Made by a program: the position numbers and the translations under genes
Assembly (NCBI GenBank): GCA_965248835.1
Contig: CBDFLJ010000001.1
Location: 2,144,001-2,208,000 of the forward strand
Direction: 5' to 3'
DNA from: Alphaproteobacteria bacterium
GTDB lineage: Bacteria > Pseudomonadota > Alphaproteobacteria > MPNO01
Length of the DNA: 64,000 nucleotides
The notes under the pieces: model-generated
The model's database searches: none
The model's input: only the letters and a program-made list of their open reading frames with translations
Told to the model about the DNA's origin: nothing
In this document: positions 19,752-29,165 of the stretch, in pieces
Position numbering within the stretch: position 1 is the stretch's first letter
Layout of the letters: every line of letters begins with the position of its first letter

Positions 19752-20817
19752 CGGACTCCGGGCCGTCCGGGGCATAGAGTGGGCTCGCCTGATACCGGGT
19801 GATGACGAAGCGGGCCAGCACGCCGATCGTGGCCGCGGCCGGCACCGCCAGCATGATGCCCAGGAACCCGAACAGCGCACCGCCGGCAAGCAGAGCGAAG
19901 ATCATCCAGACCGGGTGCAGCCCGACCCGGTCGCCGACCAGCTTGGGGGTGATGAAATTGCCCTCGGCGATCTGGCCGATGGCAAAGACGCCGGCGATCA
20001 TCGCGACCGGCTGCCAGCTATCGAACTGGGCGAAGGCGAGCCCGAGGCCGAGCACCAGTCCGGTGAGCATGCCGAAATAGGGGACGAACGAGATGAGTCC
20101 GGTGACCAGCCCGACGACGATGCCGAATTCGAGCCCGACGACCGACAGGCCGATCGCGTAGAAGATCCCCAGCCCGAGGCAGACGACCGCCTGGCCGCGC
20201 GCGAATCCGGCCAGGGTCCGGTCGATCAGCCGGACCTGCTCGCGGATGGTCTCGGCGTTCCCGCGGGGCAGCCAGCGATCGATGCTTGCGATGATCAAAT
20301 CCCAGTCGCGCAGCAGGTAGAAGGCCACGATCGGGGTGATCACGACCAGCGACAGCAGGTTGAACAGCGCCAGTCCGCCGCTCCAGATCCCCGACGCGAG
20401 CCGGCCCAGCCAGCCGACGACGGTCGCCGCCGTGCCGCTGGCCGCCTCGCGCAGGCGCGCGATGTCCTCTTCCGACATGTTCGCCTGGACGATGTTCAGC
20501 GCCTCCTCCGCGCCGGCGCGCAGAATCTCGGCATAGACCGGCACCCGGCTGATGAAGCCCAGCACCTGGGATTGCAGCAGCGGCACCAGAAGGACCAAGA
20601 ACGCGGCGACTGCGACCAGGAAGACGATCGTCAAGGCGGTCGCGGACAGCGCGCGCGACAGTCCCCATCGTTCCAACCGATCGGCTACCGGGTCGAGGAA
20701 GTAAGCGACCGCCATGCCGAGCACGAAAGGCAGCAGGATCGCGCGCAGCAGGTAGACAACGATCAGGAGCGCCAGCAAACCGAAGAGCCAGAGCGCGAGC
20801 CTGCGATCCCGGCTCAT
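19741..20817 (-). CDS. AI-2E family (PerM-like) transporter
   Basis: ILLPFV, AYFLDPVADRLE, FYLLRDW, EGNFITPKLVG..VGLHP, GIMLAVP. Confidence 0.92.
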   Translation of the reverse strand: MSRDRRLALWLFGLLALLIVVYLLRAILLPFVLGMAVAYFLDPVADRLERWGLSRALSATALTIVFLVAVAAFLVLLVPLLQSQVLGFISRVPVYAEILRAGAEEALNIVQANMSEEDIARLREAASGTAATVVGWLGRLASGIWSGGLALFNLLSLVVITPIVAFYLLRDWDLIIASIDRWLPRGNAETIREQVRLIDRTLAGFARGQAVVCLGLGIFYAIGLSVVGLEFGIVVGLVTGLISFVPYFGMLTGLVLGLGLAFAQFDSWQPVAMIAGVFAIGQIAEGNFITPKLVGDRVGLHPVWMIFALLAGGALFGFLGIMLAVPAAATIGVLARFVITRYQASPLYAPDGPESDGG

Positions 20818-21359
20818 TGCACCCGTTCCGGCCGCAGCAGCCGGCGCCAGCACCAGACCAGGTACCAGCTCCCCGAGGCGATCGTCGAGGCGATGACCAC
20901 ATACCCCAGCACGTCGACCATGCCGAGCAGGTCGAGCGCAAGCGCCAGGTCGCCCAGCACGACGGCCACGAAGAATACCTGGACGCCGGTATTGATCCGG
21001 CTGAGCTGGGCCGCGCGGTCGGGGAACGGCGCATTGAGCAGCACCATCAGCCCGACGCCGCAAACAATCAGGAAATCACGCAACACGACGATGGCGACCA
21101 CCGGCATGGCGATTGCGCCCTGGAGGCCGAGCACGATGTAGACGCTGACGATCAGGGCCTTGTCGGCGAGCGGGTCAAGGATGCGCCCGGCGCGCGAGCG
21201 CTGATGGAGCAGCGTGGCAATCGTCCCGTCGACGGCATCGGATACGCCGGCGAGCGCGAAGGCAACGAACGCCCAGCCATAGCGACCTTCGAGGATCAGA
21301 TGCACGATCAGCGGGACGGCCAGAAGCCGCGCCAGCGTGATCGTGATGGGTATATTCAT
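20814..21359 (-). CDS. CDP-alcohol phosphatidyltransferase family protein
   Basis: SDAVDGTIA...GRILDPLADK motif; ATGA overlaps on both sides. Confidence 0.9.
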   Translation of the reverse strand: MNIPITITLARLLAVPLIVHLILEGRYGWAFVAFALAGVSDAVDGTIATLLHQRSRAGRILDPLADKALIVSVYIVLGLQGAIAMPVVAIVVLRDFLIVCGVGLMVLLNAPFPDRAAQLSRINTGVQVFFVAVVLGDLALALDLLGMVDVLGYVVIASTIASGSWYLVWCWRRLLRPERVQ

Positions 21360-22546
21360 TCCGGCCCGGCCTCCCCGGTCTCCTCGTCGGCCGCAGGAGT
21401 GCTCTTGGGCAGGGCCCGCGCGTTGCCTCGGTCCGTCTCCCGGCGCGCCAGGCGGAGCACCCAGTCCTCGTCCTCCCGGGACAGGCGCAGGTCCCTGCGG
21501 ACCAGCGCGCCGGCAAGCTGGCGTTGATCGCCGTAATAGCGCAGCCTGATGTGCGCCTGCCCGCGGGACAGCGACAGGACGCGGCTCTGCTCGATCGAAG
21601 GGATCTCGGCCAGGGCGCGGGAGATCCGCACCCATTGCGCGAGCCCAGCGATGGGAACGACGGCCTGGAGCTGGTTTTCCTGATCGAAGCGCAGCATGTG
21701 GCGCGCCTTCCACGCCTCCTGGAGTCCGCGCGCGGTCCGGTGCGCCGCTGACCGGACGAGCTGGTCCACCGTTTCCGCGGCCGCCGCCCGATAGCTTTCG
21801 ATGATCGTCCGGCGGCCGGGGCCCATGCCGTACCGGCTCAATGTCACCTGGACCAGCGGGCGCCGGTCGATCCCGTGGGACAGGGCGGCGATGGCGACGA
21901 CGATTTCGGCAGTGTCGTAGCGCGCAGCGATCGCCTGCAGCCGGGCCGGATTGCCGTTGGCGGCCTGTGCAGCGCTGATGTCCCGGACGTCCTGCAGGTC
22001 GCCCAAGGGGACGACCAGCGGCACCAGATCGCCGGTATCGGGAAGGTTCGACCAGGCCTCGCGCCACAGGTTGGGCTGGTCCCACAACAGGTAGGTGCCG
22101 GCGCTGCGCAAAACCGGCAGGACCAAGGTCGGCCGGCCCGTGGTTTCGGCGAACGCAATGCCGGTCGCGCGCAGGAATCGGCGCACCGAGTCGCGGTCGA
22201 ACTGGAAGGTCAGCCGAGCGAGGTAGCGAACCGTGGAGGTCTTTTCGTCGGCGACCTCGAAGCTGCGGACCATCGGGGCCACCTCGGCATGGCCCAGGCG
22301 CGGGACGTTCGCCGAATCGGCGGCCTGGACGATGCGATCGATCAGGCGCCGGAATGCGAGCACATGGCCCTGGGCGATGGCGAGCTCGCGCGCCGCGTTC
22401 GCGTTCGCGGCGGTCGCATCAACGGCGACCCCGGTGACCCGAAAGACCGGGTCATCGGCCGCCCGAGACCCCGCCCCCCCAGCGGCGGCGACGAAGATCG
22501 CCACGGCAAGCCCGCCCACGCGCGCGGCAGCAAGGAGGAATGTCAT
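21356..22546 (-). CDS. DUF2066 domain exported protein
   Basis: Signal peptide, VAVDATAA..AARE.A, Y.ARL.FQFD, LVLPV, W...N.WREAW, VVP.GDL.D; divergent from purM. Alternative start 22570. Confidence 0.75.
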   Translation of the reverse strand: MTFLLAAARVGGLAVAIFVAAAGGAGSRAADDPVFRVTGVAVDATAANANAARELAIAQGHVLAFRRLIDRIVQAADSANVPRLGHAEVAPMVRSFEVADEKTSTVRYLARLTFQFDRDSVRRFLRATGIAFAETTGRPTLVLPVLRSAGTYLLWDQPNLWREAWSNLPDTGDLVPLVVPLGDLQDVRDISAAQAANGNPARLQAIAARYDTAEIVVAIAALSHGIDRRPLVQVTLSRYGMGPGRRTIIESYRAAAAETVDQLVRSAAHRTARGLQEAWKARHMLRFDQENQLQAVVPIAGLAQWVRISRALAEIPSIEQSRVLSLSRGQAHIRLRYYGDQRQLAGALVRRDLRLSREDEDWVLRLARRETDRGNARALPKSTPAADEETGEAGPE

Positions 22547-22691
22547 TTTTCCCGTTCTCTGAGACGCCATACGAACACGGAAAACCGACGATTGAAAACC
22601 GCCGCCGTTCAACTATCCTCGCAACACCTGGAGGAGCGCCGACGCCGGCTCGTCCGGGTCATAGTACCATTTTCGACATTGCGGAGCAGTC

Positions 22692-23753
22692 ATTAACCGT
22701 TCCCGTTACAAGCAGGCCGGTGTCGACGTGGACGCCGCCGCAGATCTGGTGGATGCGATCCGGCCGATGGCGCGCGCGACCGCCCGGCCCGGCACGATGG
22801 GCGAGATCGGCGGGTTCGGCGGGCTGTTCGACCTCAGGGCGGCGGGCTTCGAGGACCCGGTTCTGGTGGCCGCGACAGACGGCGTCGGCACCAAGCTCAA
22901 GATCGCCATAGACACCGGCAGGCACCGCACGATCGGCATCGATCTGGTGGCGATGTGCGTGAACGACATCGTGGTGCAGGGCGCGGAGCCATTGTTTTTC
23001 CTTGATTATTATGCGATGGGCAGGCTCGAGCGCAGGGTCGCCGAGGATGTCCTGGCGGGCATTGCCGCGGGCTGCGAGCAAGCCGGATGCGCGCTGATCG
23101 GCGGCGAGACAGCGGAGATGCCCGGCCTCTACGGTGTCGGCGACTACGACCTAGCGGGCTTCGCGGTGGGCGCGGCCGAGCGTGGTGGATTGCTCACCGG
23201 CGAAACGATCACCGAAGGCTGCACCGTTCTTGGTCTCGCCTCGAGCGGCGTGCATGCAAACGGGTTCTCGCTGGTCCGCCGCATCGTTGCCGACGCCGGT
23301 CTTGGCTACGAGGACGCAGCGCCGTTCTCCGGGACAAGCCTCGCCGAGGCGCTGCTGGCGCCGACCCGGATCTATGTCCGGGCGGCGCTTGCCGCCCACA
23401 GGGCCGGCCTGGTGCGCGGCCTGGCCCACATCACCGGCGGCGGGCTCATCGACAATATCGCGCGTGTTCTGCCCGAGGGCCTCGCAGTCGAGATCGATCC
23501 GGCCGCCTGGCCCCTGCCGGCGGTCTTTTCCTGGCTCGCGGAGGCTGGCGCAGTGCCTCCGGCCGAGCTTGCCCGGACGTTCAACTGCGGAATCGGAATG
23601 GCGGTGATCGCCGATCCCGGCGATTCCGCCCCGGCGCGGCGCGTTCTGGAATCCGCTGGCGAGCGAGTCTGGCCGATCGGTGCGGTGGTTCGGCGCACGC
23701 CCGGCCTGCCGGCGGTGCTGTTGTCCGACAACGGCGCGGCATGGCGCGGCTGA
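22692..23753 (+). CDS. purM: Phosphoribosylformylglycinamidine cyclo-ligase (probable ATT start)
   Basis: [46 protein letters not shown]. The YxxAGVD motif lies upstream of the first GTG (22728). Confidence 0.95.
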   Translation: MNRSRYKQAGVDVDAAADLVDAIRPMARATARPGTMGEIGGFGGLFDLRAAGFEDPVLVAATDGVGTKLKIAIDTGRHRTIGIDLVAMCVNDIVVQGAEPLFFLDYYAMGRLERRVAEDVLAGIAAGCEQAGCALIGGETAEMPGLYGVGDYDLAGFAVGAAERGGLLTGETITEGCTVLGLASSGVHANGFSLVRRIVADAGLGYEDAAPFSGTSLAEALLAPTRIYVRAALAAHRAGLVRGLAHITGGGLIDNIARVLPEGLAVEIDPAAWPLPAVFSWLAEAGAVPPAELARTFNCGIGMAVIADPGDSAPARRVLESAGERVWPIGAVVRRTPGLPAVLLSDNGAAWRG

Positions 23754-24406
23754 GGCTCGCGGTCCTGATCTCCGGACGCGGGTCGAACCTGCAAGCCCTG
23801 ATCGATGCCTGCGCGGAGACGGGCTATCCCGCCGAGATCGGCCTGGTGATCTCCAACCGTGCCGATGCGGCGGGGCTCAAGCGCGCCGAGAGGGCGGGCA
23901 TCGCAACCCGGGTGATCGACCATCGCGGGTTCCCCGACCGGGAATCCTTCGAGCGCGCGCTCGATGAGGCGATCACCGCCTCGGGCTGCGGCCTGGTGTG
24001 CCTGGCCGGGTTCTTGCGCCTTCTGACCGCTTGGTTCGTCGGGCGCTGGCGCGACCGGCTGATCAACGTCCACCCCTCGCTGCTGCCGGCCTACAAGGGC
24101 TTGGACACCCATGCCCGCGTGCTGGCCGATGGCGTCCGGATCACCGGCTGCACGGTGCATTTTGTGCGCGCGGCGATGGACGCGGGACCGATCATCGTCC
24201 AGGCCGCCGTCGCGGTTCTGCCCGATGACGATGCCGGGCGGCTCGCGGCCCGCGTGCTGGAGGCCGAACACCGCTGCTATCGGCTGGCCGTGCGCCTGAT
24301 TGCCGAAGGGCGCGTGGCGGTGTGCGAGGAGCGCGTGGCGATCGCAGGGCCGGTTGCGGTCGGGGAGACGCTGTTCGTGCCGGCTGGCACGGCTTCGCCG
24401 TCCTGA
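23741..24406 (+). CDS. purN: Phosphoribosylglycinamide formyltransferase
   Basis: [26 protein letters not shown]...MDAGPII.Q. Confidence 0.96.
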   Translation: MARLRLAVLISGRGSNLQALIDACAETGYPAEIGLVISNRADAAGLKRAERAGIATRVIDHRGFPDRESFERALDEAITASGCGLVCLAGFLRLLTAWFVGRWRDRLINVHPSLLPAYKGLDTHARVLADGVRITGCTVHFVRAAMDAGPIIVQAAVAVLPDDDAGRLAARVLEAEHRCYRLAVRLIAEGRVAVCEERVAIAGPVAVGETLFVPAGTASPS

Positions 24407-24470
24407 GCACCGCTGCGGCCGCGCCGGCGCCCGTGCCGATGGCGTTCTTTCTTATGCCGGCGGGGACGCC

Positions 24471-24893
24471 TCAGCCGACGATTTCGAGGTCGGAGAAAAA
24501 GAATCCGATCTCGATGGCCGCGTTGTCCGTCGAATCGGAGCCATGCACCGAGTTCGCTTCGATCGATTCACCGAACTCGTTGCGGATCGTCCCCTTCGCG
24601 GCGTTGGCCGGGTTGGTCGCCCCCATCACCGCTCGGTTCTTGGCAACGGCGTCCTCGCCCTCGAGCACCTGGACCACGACCGGGCCCGATGACATGAAGG
24701 TGCACAGATCGTCGAAGAACGCCCGCTCGGCATGGACGGCATAGAACCGTTCGGCCTGTTCCTGGCCCAGCCACAAGCGGCGCTGAGCGACGATCCGAAG
24801 GCCAGCGGACTCCAGGCGCGCGTTGATCTGACCCGTCAGGTTGCGGCGGGTCGCATCAGGCTTGATGATCGAGAGGGTTCGTTCAACGGCCAT
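24471..24893 (-). CDS. ndk: Nucleoside diphosphate kinase
   Basis: [25 protein letters not shown] (phospho-His). Confidence 0.97.
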   Translation of the reverse strand: MAVERTLSIIKPDATRRNLTGQINARLESAGLRIVAQRRLWLGQEQAERFYAVHAERAFFDDLCTFMSSGPVVVQVLEGEDAVAKNRAVMGATNPANAAKGTIRNEFGESIEANSVHGSDSTDNAAIEIGFFFSDLEIVG

Positions 24894-24929
24894 ATCTTGC
24901 TTATCGTCCCTGTGCCAGATGAGCGCGGC

Positions 24930-24958
24930 CTTATATCTGCATCCCCGACGGGCTTCAA
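24930..24958 (-). promoter_or_regulatory. Putative sigma70 promoter of ndk
   Basis: Minus strand TTGAAG-N17-TATAAG. Confidence 0.55.
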
Positions 24959-25029
24959 CCGGCTTGTCTCGATCGGCGCGGCGGGTTTGAATCGGTCGGC
25001 ATCCGACCGCAAGGCTGGGATATGTGCCG

Positions 25030-25905
25030 ATGGATCAGAAAAAGGTCGTCGTAACCGGCGGCAGCGGCAATCTCGGTGCGACAACCATCCAGGAGCTGAT
25101 CGCGTCCGGCTATGCGCCGCTGAACCTCGACCTCGCCGCGCCGCGCGAAAAGCGCTGCGAGTCCTGGACCTGCGACCTGACGCGCTCGGGCGACCTCTAC
25201 GAGGCCGTCCGGGGCGCGGATGCGGTGATCCACCTGGCGGCCTATCAGGCACCGGACATGGCATCGGACAGCGAGGTGTTCAGGAACAACGTCACCGCCA
25301 GCTACAACGTCCTCAAGGCGGCGACGGACATGGGGGTGCGGCGCGTGGTGATGGCCTCGTCGGTGGCGGCCTACGGCTTCCTCTACGCGCCCAGGATGTG
25401 GTCGCCGGACTATCTGCCGCTCGATGAAGACTATCCCTGCAGGCCGCAGGACCCGTACGCGCTGTCGAAGGTGTTCGGCGAACAGCTCGCGGATTCGTTC
25501 GTCTCGCTGGGCGCGACCTCGGTAGCCAGCCTCCGGCTGAGCGGGGTCAATTTCGATCCCACCTTCGCATCGCTGCCTCAACGGTGGGCCGATCCGGGGG
25601 CCAAGATCGGAACGTTCTGGAGCTATGTCGACGTGCGCGACGCCGCCCTCGCCTGCCGGCTCGCCGTCGAGGCCGAGATCGGCGGGCACCGGGTCGTCAA
25701 CATCGCCGCGGCGACCAGCCGCCACCTCGAGCCCACCGCCGATCTCGTGCGCGAGCATCTGCCCGGAACCAGGATCAAAGAGGGCTTGACGGGACACTGG
25801 GGCGGGCTCGACACCACCCGGGCGAAGGATCTTCTGAGGTTCGAGGCCAAGCATGTGTGGCGGGACTATATCCGTCCCGACGGCAGCCCGATCGCAAGGC
25901 GATAG
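25030..25905 (+). CDS. NAD-dependent epimerase/dehydratase (extended SDR)
   Basis: [28 protein letters not shown]. Confidence 0.88.
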   Translation: MDQKKVVVTGGSGNLGATTIQELIASGYAPLNLDLAAPREKRCESWTCDLTRSGDLYEAVRGADAVIHLAAYQAPDMASDSEVFRNNVTASYNVLKAATDMGVRRVVMASSVAAYGFLYAPRMWSPDYLPLDEDYPCRPQDPYALSKVFGEQLADSFVSLGATSVASLRLSGVNFDPTFASLPQRWADPGAKIGTFWSYVDVRDAALACRLAVEAEIGGHRVVNIAAATSRHLEPTADLVREHLPGTRIKEGLTGHWGGLDTTRAKDLLRFEAKHVWRDYIRPDGSPIARR

Positions 25906-25936
25906 AGCCCGTTGCCGACGCGCCGGACCTGGCCGC

Positions 25937-26389
25937 TCAGCCGTCCTTCCTTTCCCAGCCGCCGCGCCCGGTCTGCTGCCAATAGGTGAGGCCGTGGCCA
26001 TCGGCGGCGTAGGCCTTCCAGCGCGTGCGGGCGGTTCCGACGGCCGCCTCGTCGTTGCCGTCAAACATCTCAAGACAGCGCTGGAAGGCGCCGACATCGG
26101 CCGAGCACGCGCCGTCGGTCAGCACCAGAATGGCGGCCCCGTTGGGGTTCTCGTCTTCCTCGGTGATCCAGATCGGCTGGTCGGCAGCGGCGCCGCTGCG
26201 GGCGGTGCCGTGCGGCAGGAAGGAGGCCGGATCGTAGGTCCAGAGCACCGAATCGAGCATGTCGACCCGCTCGGCGGAGCCCGCCATCACCACCGCACGC
26301 GCGCCGCTGGCATAGACCTTCTCCAGCAGCTTCGGCAACGCACGCTCGAGCGGGCTGCGCGTGAGGTGGTAGAAGCCGATATCGGTCAC
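25937..26389 (-). CDS. holC: DNA polymerase III chi subunit
   Basis: FYHL...LE.ALPKLLEK, LW.Y...SFLPHG, AR.RWK.Y, YWQQ..G.W. Confidence 0.93.
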   Translation of the reverse strand: MTDIGFYHLTRSPLERALPKLLEKVYASGARAVVMAGSAERVDMLDSVLWTYDPASFLPHGTARSGAAADQPIWITEEDENPNGAAILVLTDGACSADVGAFQRCLEMFDGNDEAAVGTARTRWKAYAADGHGLTYWQQTGRGGWERKDG

Positions 26390-26414
26390 TGATGGCGCCT
26401 CCTCGACCGGGAGC

Positions 26415-27914
26415 TCAGCCCTCGTAGTTGGCGCGCACCAGCTCGTCGAGCAGCCGGACGCCGAACGCGGTGCCGCCCTTCGGCACGGTGGGCGTGTCCG
26501 CCTTCGACCAGGTCACCCCGGCGATGTCGAGATGGGCCCACGGCGTGCCGTCCTTGATGAACCGCTTGAGGAACTGGGCGGCGGTAATCGACCCGCCGTC
26601 GCGCCCGCCGACATTCTTCATGTCGGCAATGTCGGAGTTGATTTGCTTGTCGTAGGCCTCGCCCAACGGCATCCGCCACACCGGCTCACCGACGGCGTTA
26701 CCCGATCCCAGGAGCCGCTCGGACAGCGTGTCGTCGTTGGCAAACAGGCCGGCACGCTCGTGGCCGAGCGAGATGATGATCGCGCCGGTCAGCGTCGCGA
26801 GATCGACGATCGTGTGCGGGTTGTGCTTCTCCTGGCAATACCAGAGGGCGTCGCCCAGCACCAGCCGGCCCTCGGCATCGGTGTTGATCACCTCGACCGT
26901 CTGACCCGACATGGTGGTGACCACGTCGCCCGGGCGCTGGGCGGTCGCCGAGGGCATGTTCTCGACCAGGCCGACGATGCCCACGGCGTTGACCTTGGCC
27001 TTGCGCCCGGCGAGCGCCCGCATCAGCCCGATCACCACCGCAGCGCCGGCCATGTCCCACTTCATGTCTTCCATGCCACCGGCCTGCTTGATCGAGATGC
27101 CGCCGGTGTCGAACGTCACGCCCTTGCCGACGAAGGCGATCGGCCGCTTCTGCTTGGTCCGCGGCACGCCGTTCCAACGCATCACGACCAGGCGGGGATC
27201 GTGGGCGCTGCCCTGGGCGACGCCGAGCAGGGCGCCCATGCCGAGCTTCTTCATCTGCCTTGTATCCAGGACCTCGACCGCGACGCCGAGCTCGGTCAGC
27301 GCCGCCGCACGCTCGGCCAGGCTCTGCGGGAAGATCACGTTAGCCGGCTCGGAGACCAGGTCGCGGGTCATGAAGACGCCTTCGGCGACCTTGGCCAGCG
27401 GCGCGAAGGCTTTCCTCGCCGCGGCATGCGCCGACGTCATCACGCTCAGGGCGCCGAGGCTGGGCTTGTCCTCGGTCTTCTCCTTGGTGCGGTACTTGTC
27501 GAACCGGTAGGCCCGCAGCATCGCCCCGTAGCCGAGATTGGCCGCAAACGCGCCGGCCGCCATGACCGCCGCTGGTGGGCTTTCCAGGGAGACCGCCACC
27601 GACTTGTCGCCGCCGTTGGCGAGGCTGGCGACGATGGTGCCGCCAGCGGACTGGGCGGCCTTGGCGTCGAGCTTATCGGCCTTGCCGAGGCCCAGCACCA
27701 TCACCCGACTCGCCGCCAGCCCGACGGGTGCGATCAGCATCAGCGTCTGGTTGGCCTTGCCGGTGAACCGGCTCGATTTGATCGCCCGCGAGACTCCCCC
27801 GTCCATCGCCTTATCGACCCGCGCCGCAGTCGCGTCCAGGGTGCCGCCCTCGAATGCGCCGATCACGAGTGCGCCGCTGCGTGGAAGGTTGGGCGCCGCA
27901 AAACTGATCTTCAT
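26415..27914 (-). CDS. pepA: Leucyl aminopeptidase (M17)
   Basis: VGKGVTFDTGG, MKWDMAG, NTDAEGRL, DLATLTGA, WAHLDIAG. Confidence 0.96.
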   Translation of the reverse strand: MKISFAAPNLPRSGALVIGAFEGGTLDATAARVDKAMDGGVSRAIKSSRFTGKANQTLMLIAPVGLAASRVMVLGLGKADKLDAKAAQSAGGTIVASLANGGDKSVAVSLESPPAAVMAAGAFAANLGYGAMLRAYRFDKYRTKEKTEDKPSLGALSVMTSAHAAARKAFAPLAKVAEGVFMTRDLVSEPANVIFPQSLAERAAALTELGVAVEVLDTRQMKKLGMGALLGVAQGSAHDPRLVVMRWNGVPRTKQKRPIAFVGKGVTFDTGGISIKQAGGMEDMKWDMAGAAVVIGLMRALAGRKAKVNAVGIVGLVENMPSATAQRPGDVVTTMSGQTVEVINTDAEGRLVLGDALWYCQEKHNPHTIVDLATLTGAIIISLGHERAGLFANDDTLSERLLGSGNAVGEPVWRMPLGEAYDKQINSDIADMKNVGGRDGGSITAAQFLKRFIKDGTPWAHLDIAGVTWSKADTPTVPKGGTAFGVRLLDELVRANYEG

Positions 27915-27952
27915 GGAGGCTCTCCCGTTCGCCGTGGCCGATGTCGGCCCGG

Positions 27953-27981
27953 ACCTTAAGCACGCCGGGCCGGGCATGCAA
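27953..27981 (-). promoter_or_regulatory. Putative sigma70 promoter of pepA-holC
   Basis: Minus strand TTGCAT-N17-TAAGGT. Confidence 0.45.
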
Positions 27982-28025
27982 AGACCGGTTTCCGTTTTCG
28001 CCGATTCCCTGTCGGGTTCGGCGCC

Positions 28026-28964
28026 TTAGCCGATCAGGTCCGGCGTGCCGGGGGCGAACAGCGCCTCGATATCGAGCCTGTGCGGGATGATATGCTGGTC
28101 GCACGCGGTCTGGATCAGGGCTTCCAGGGCCTTGCGGTTGGGCTCCACACCATAGGGAAACGGGTCGCCGCCGAGCCCGTCGCCGAGCGAAACGGTCAGT
28201 TGGTCCTCCTCTGACAGGCTGCCCGATCGGTCGAGTCCGGAAAGATAGGCAGCCTTGGAAACGGCGAGCGCGCCGAACAGGTCGGCCGCCAGGCCCGGGT
28301 GCCGCCGCAGCAGGTCGTCGCGCACCACGACGGTGTGATTGACCGGATAGACGCCGGTCCTGCGATAGGAGGCGAAACCCGCCTCGACGGCATCGGGGAT
28401 CAGCGGCTCGACCGTCGGCGGCACCGCGCCCACCGCGCCGATTGCCGCGACGGCTTCGCCGGATGCAAACAGGTCCGCGATCGCACGGCCCTGCAAATCG
28501 TAATCGGCATTGGGCGGTGGGCGGAACTCCGCGACATGCTCGTCATCGGTCGCGGCCCAGCGCACGCGGTCGAGATCCACACCCAGCTCGTTGGCCAGTA
28601 CGTAGCGCGCCCAGACCCCCGTGGTCACGGTGTAGCCACGGTTGACGGCAACCGTCTTGCCCTCCAGGTCCTTCGGTGTCGAGATCCCGGCGGTGGTGTC
28701 GTAGAAGATCGCCCCATGATGGAAATTCCGGGTCAGGAACACCGGCAGTGCGGTGAACGGCTTGCCGAAGGCCTTGGCGCACAGGTAGGTCGTGATCGGC
28801 ATCTCGCAGATGTCGAAGGCGAACTCGCGCACCATCCGGCGGGCGGCGACCAGGATGTTGTCGAAGGCCGGAAAGTCGATCCGGAATTCCTCACCCAGCG
28901 CGCCGCCGGCCTTCATCTGCCGCATCAGCCCGTAATCGCGCGTCGGCATGCTGAGCGTTTGCAT
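28026..28964 (-). CDS. 4,5-dihydroxyphthalate decarboxylase-like protein (NMT1/PBP2 fold)
   Basis: FDICEM..TTYL, LPVFLTR.FHH, Y.VTTGVWAR, GVYPVNHTVVVR, DPFPYGVEPNR..LE. Confidence 0.78.
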   Translation of the reverse strand: MQTLSMPTRDYGLMRQMKAGGALGEEFRIDFPAFDNILVAARRMVREFAFDICEMPITTYLCAKAFGKPFTALPVFLTRNFHHGAIFYDTTAGISTPKDLEGKTVAVNRGYTVTTGVWARYVLANELGVDLDRVRWAATDDEHVAEFRPPPNADYDLQGRAIADLFASGEAVAAIGAVGAVPPTVEPLIPDAVEAGFASYRRTGVYPVNHTVVVRDDLLRRHPGLAADLFGALAVSKAAYLSGLDRSGSLSEEDQLTVSLGDGLGGDPFPYGVEPNRKALEALIQTACDQHIIPHRLDIEALFAPGTPDLIG

Positions 28965-29165
28965 CACCCCGGTCCCTTCAGCCAGGTCGTGCGGCACCGT
29001 CGTGGTCCGGCGCAACGCCGGGGACGGTATCGGAGGGGCTCGCGTCCAGCAACGGCGAAGTGCGGTCCTGCCGCTGAGACATGCTTGAATGGACCGCAGC
29101 GCGGCGCACGCGTATATAATCCGGTTGCGCGACGAAACATCTCACCTGGGTTGCGAAGCCGAACG

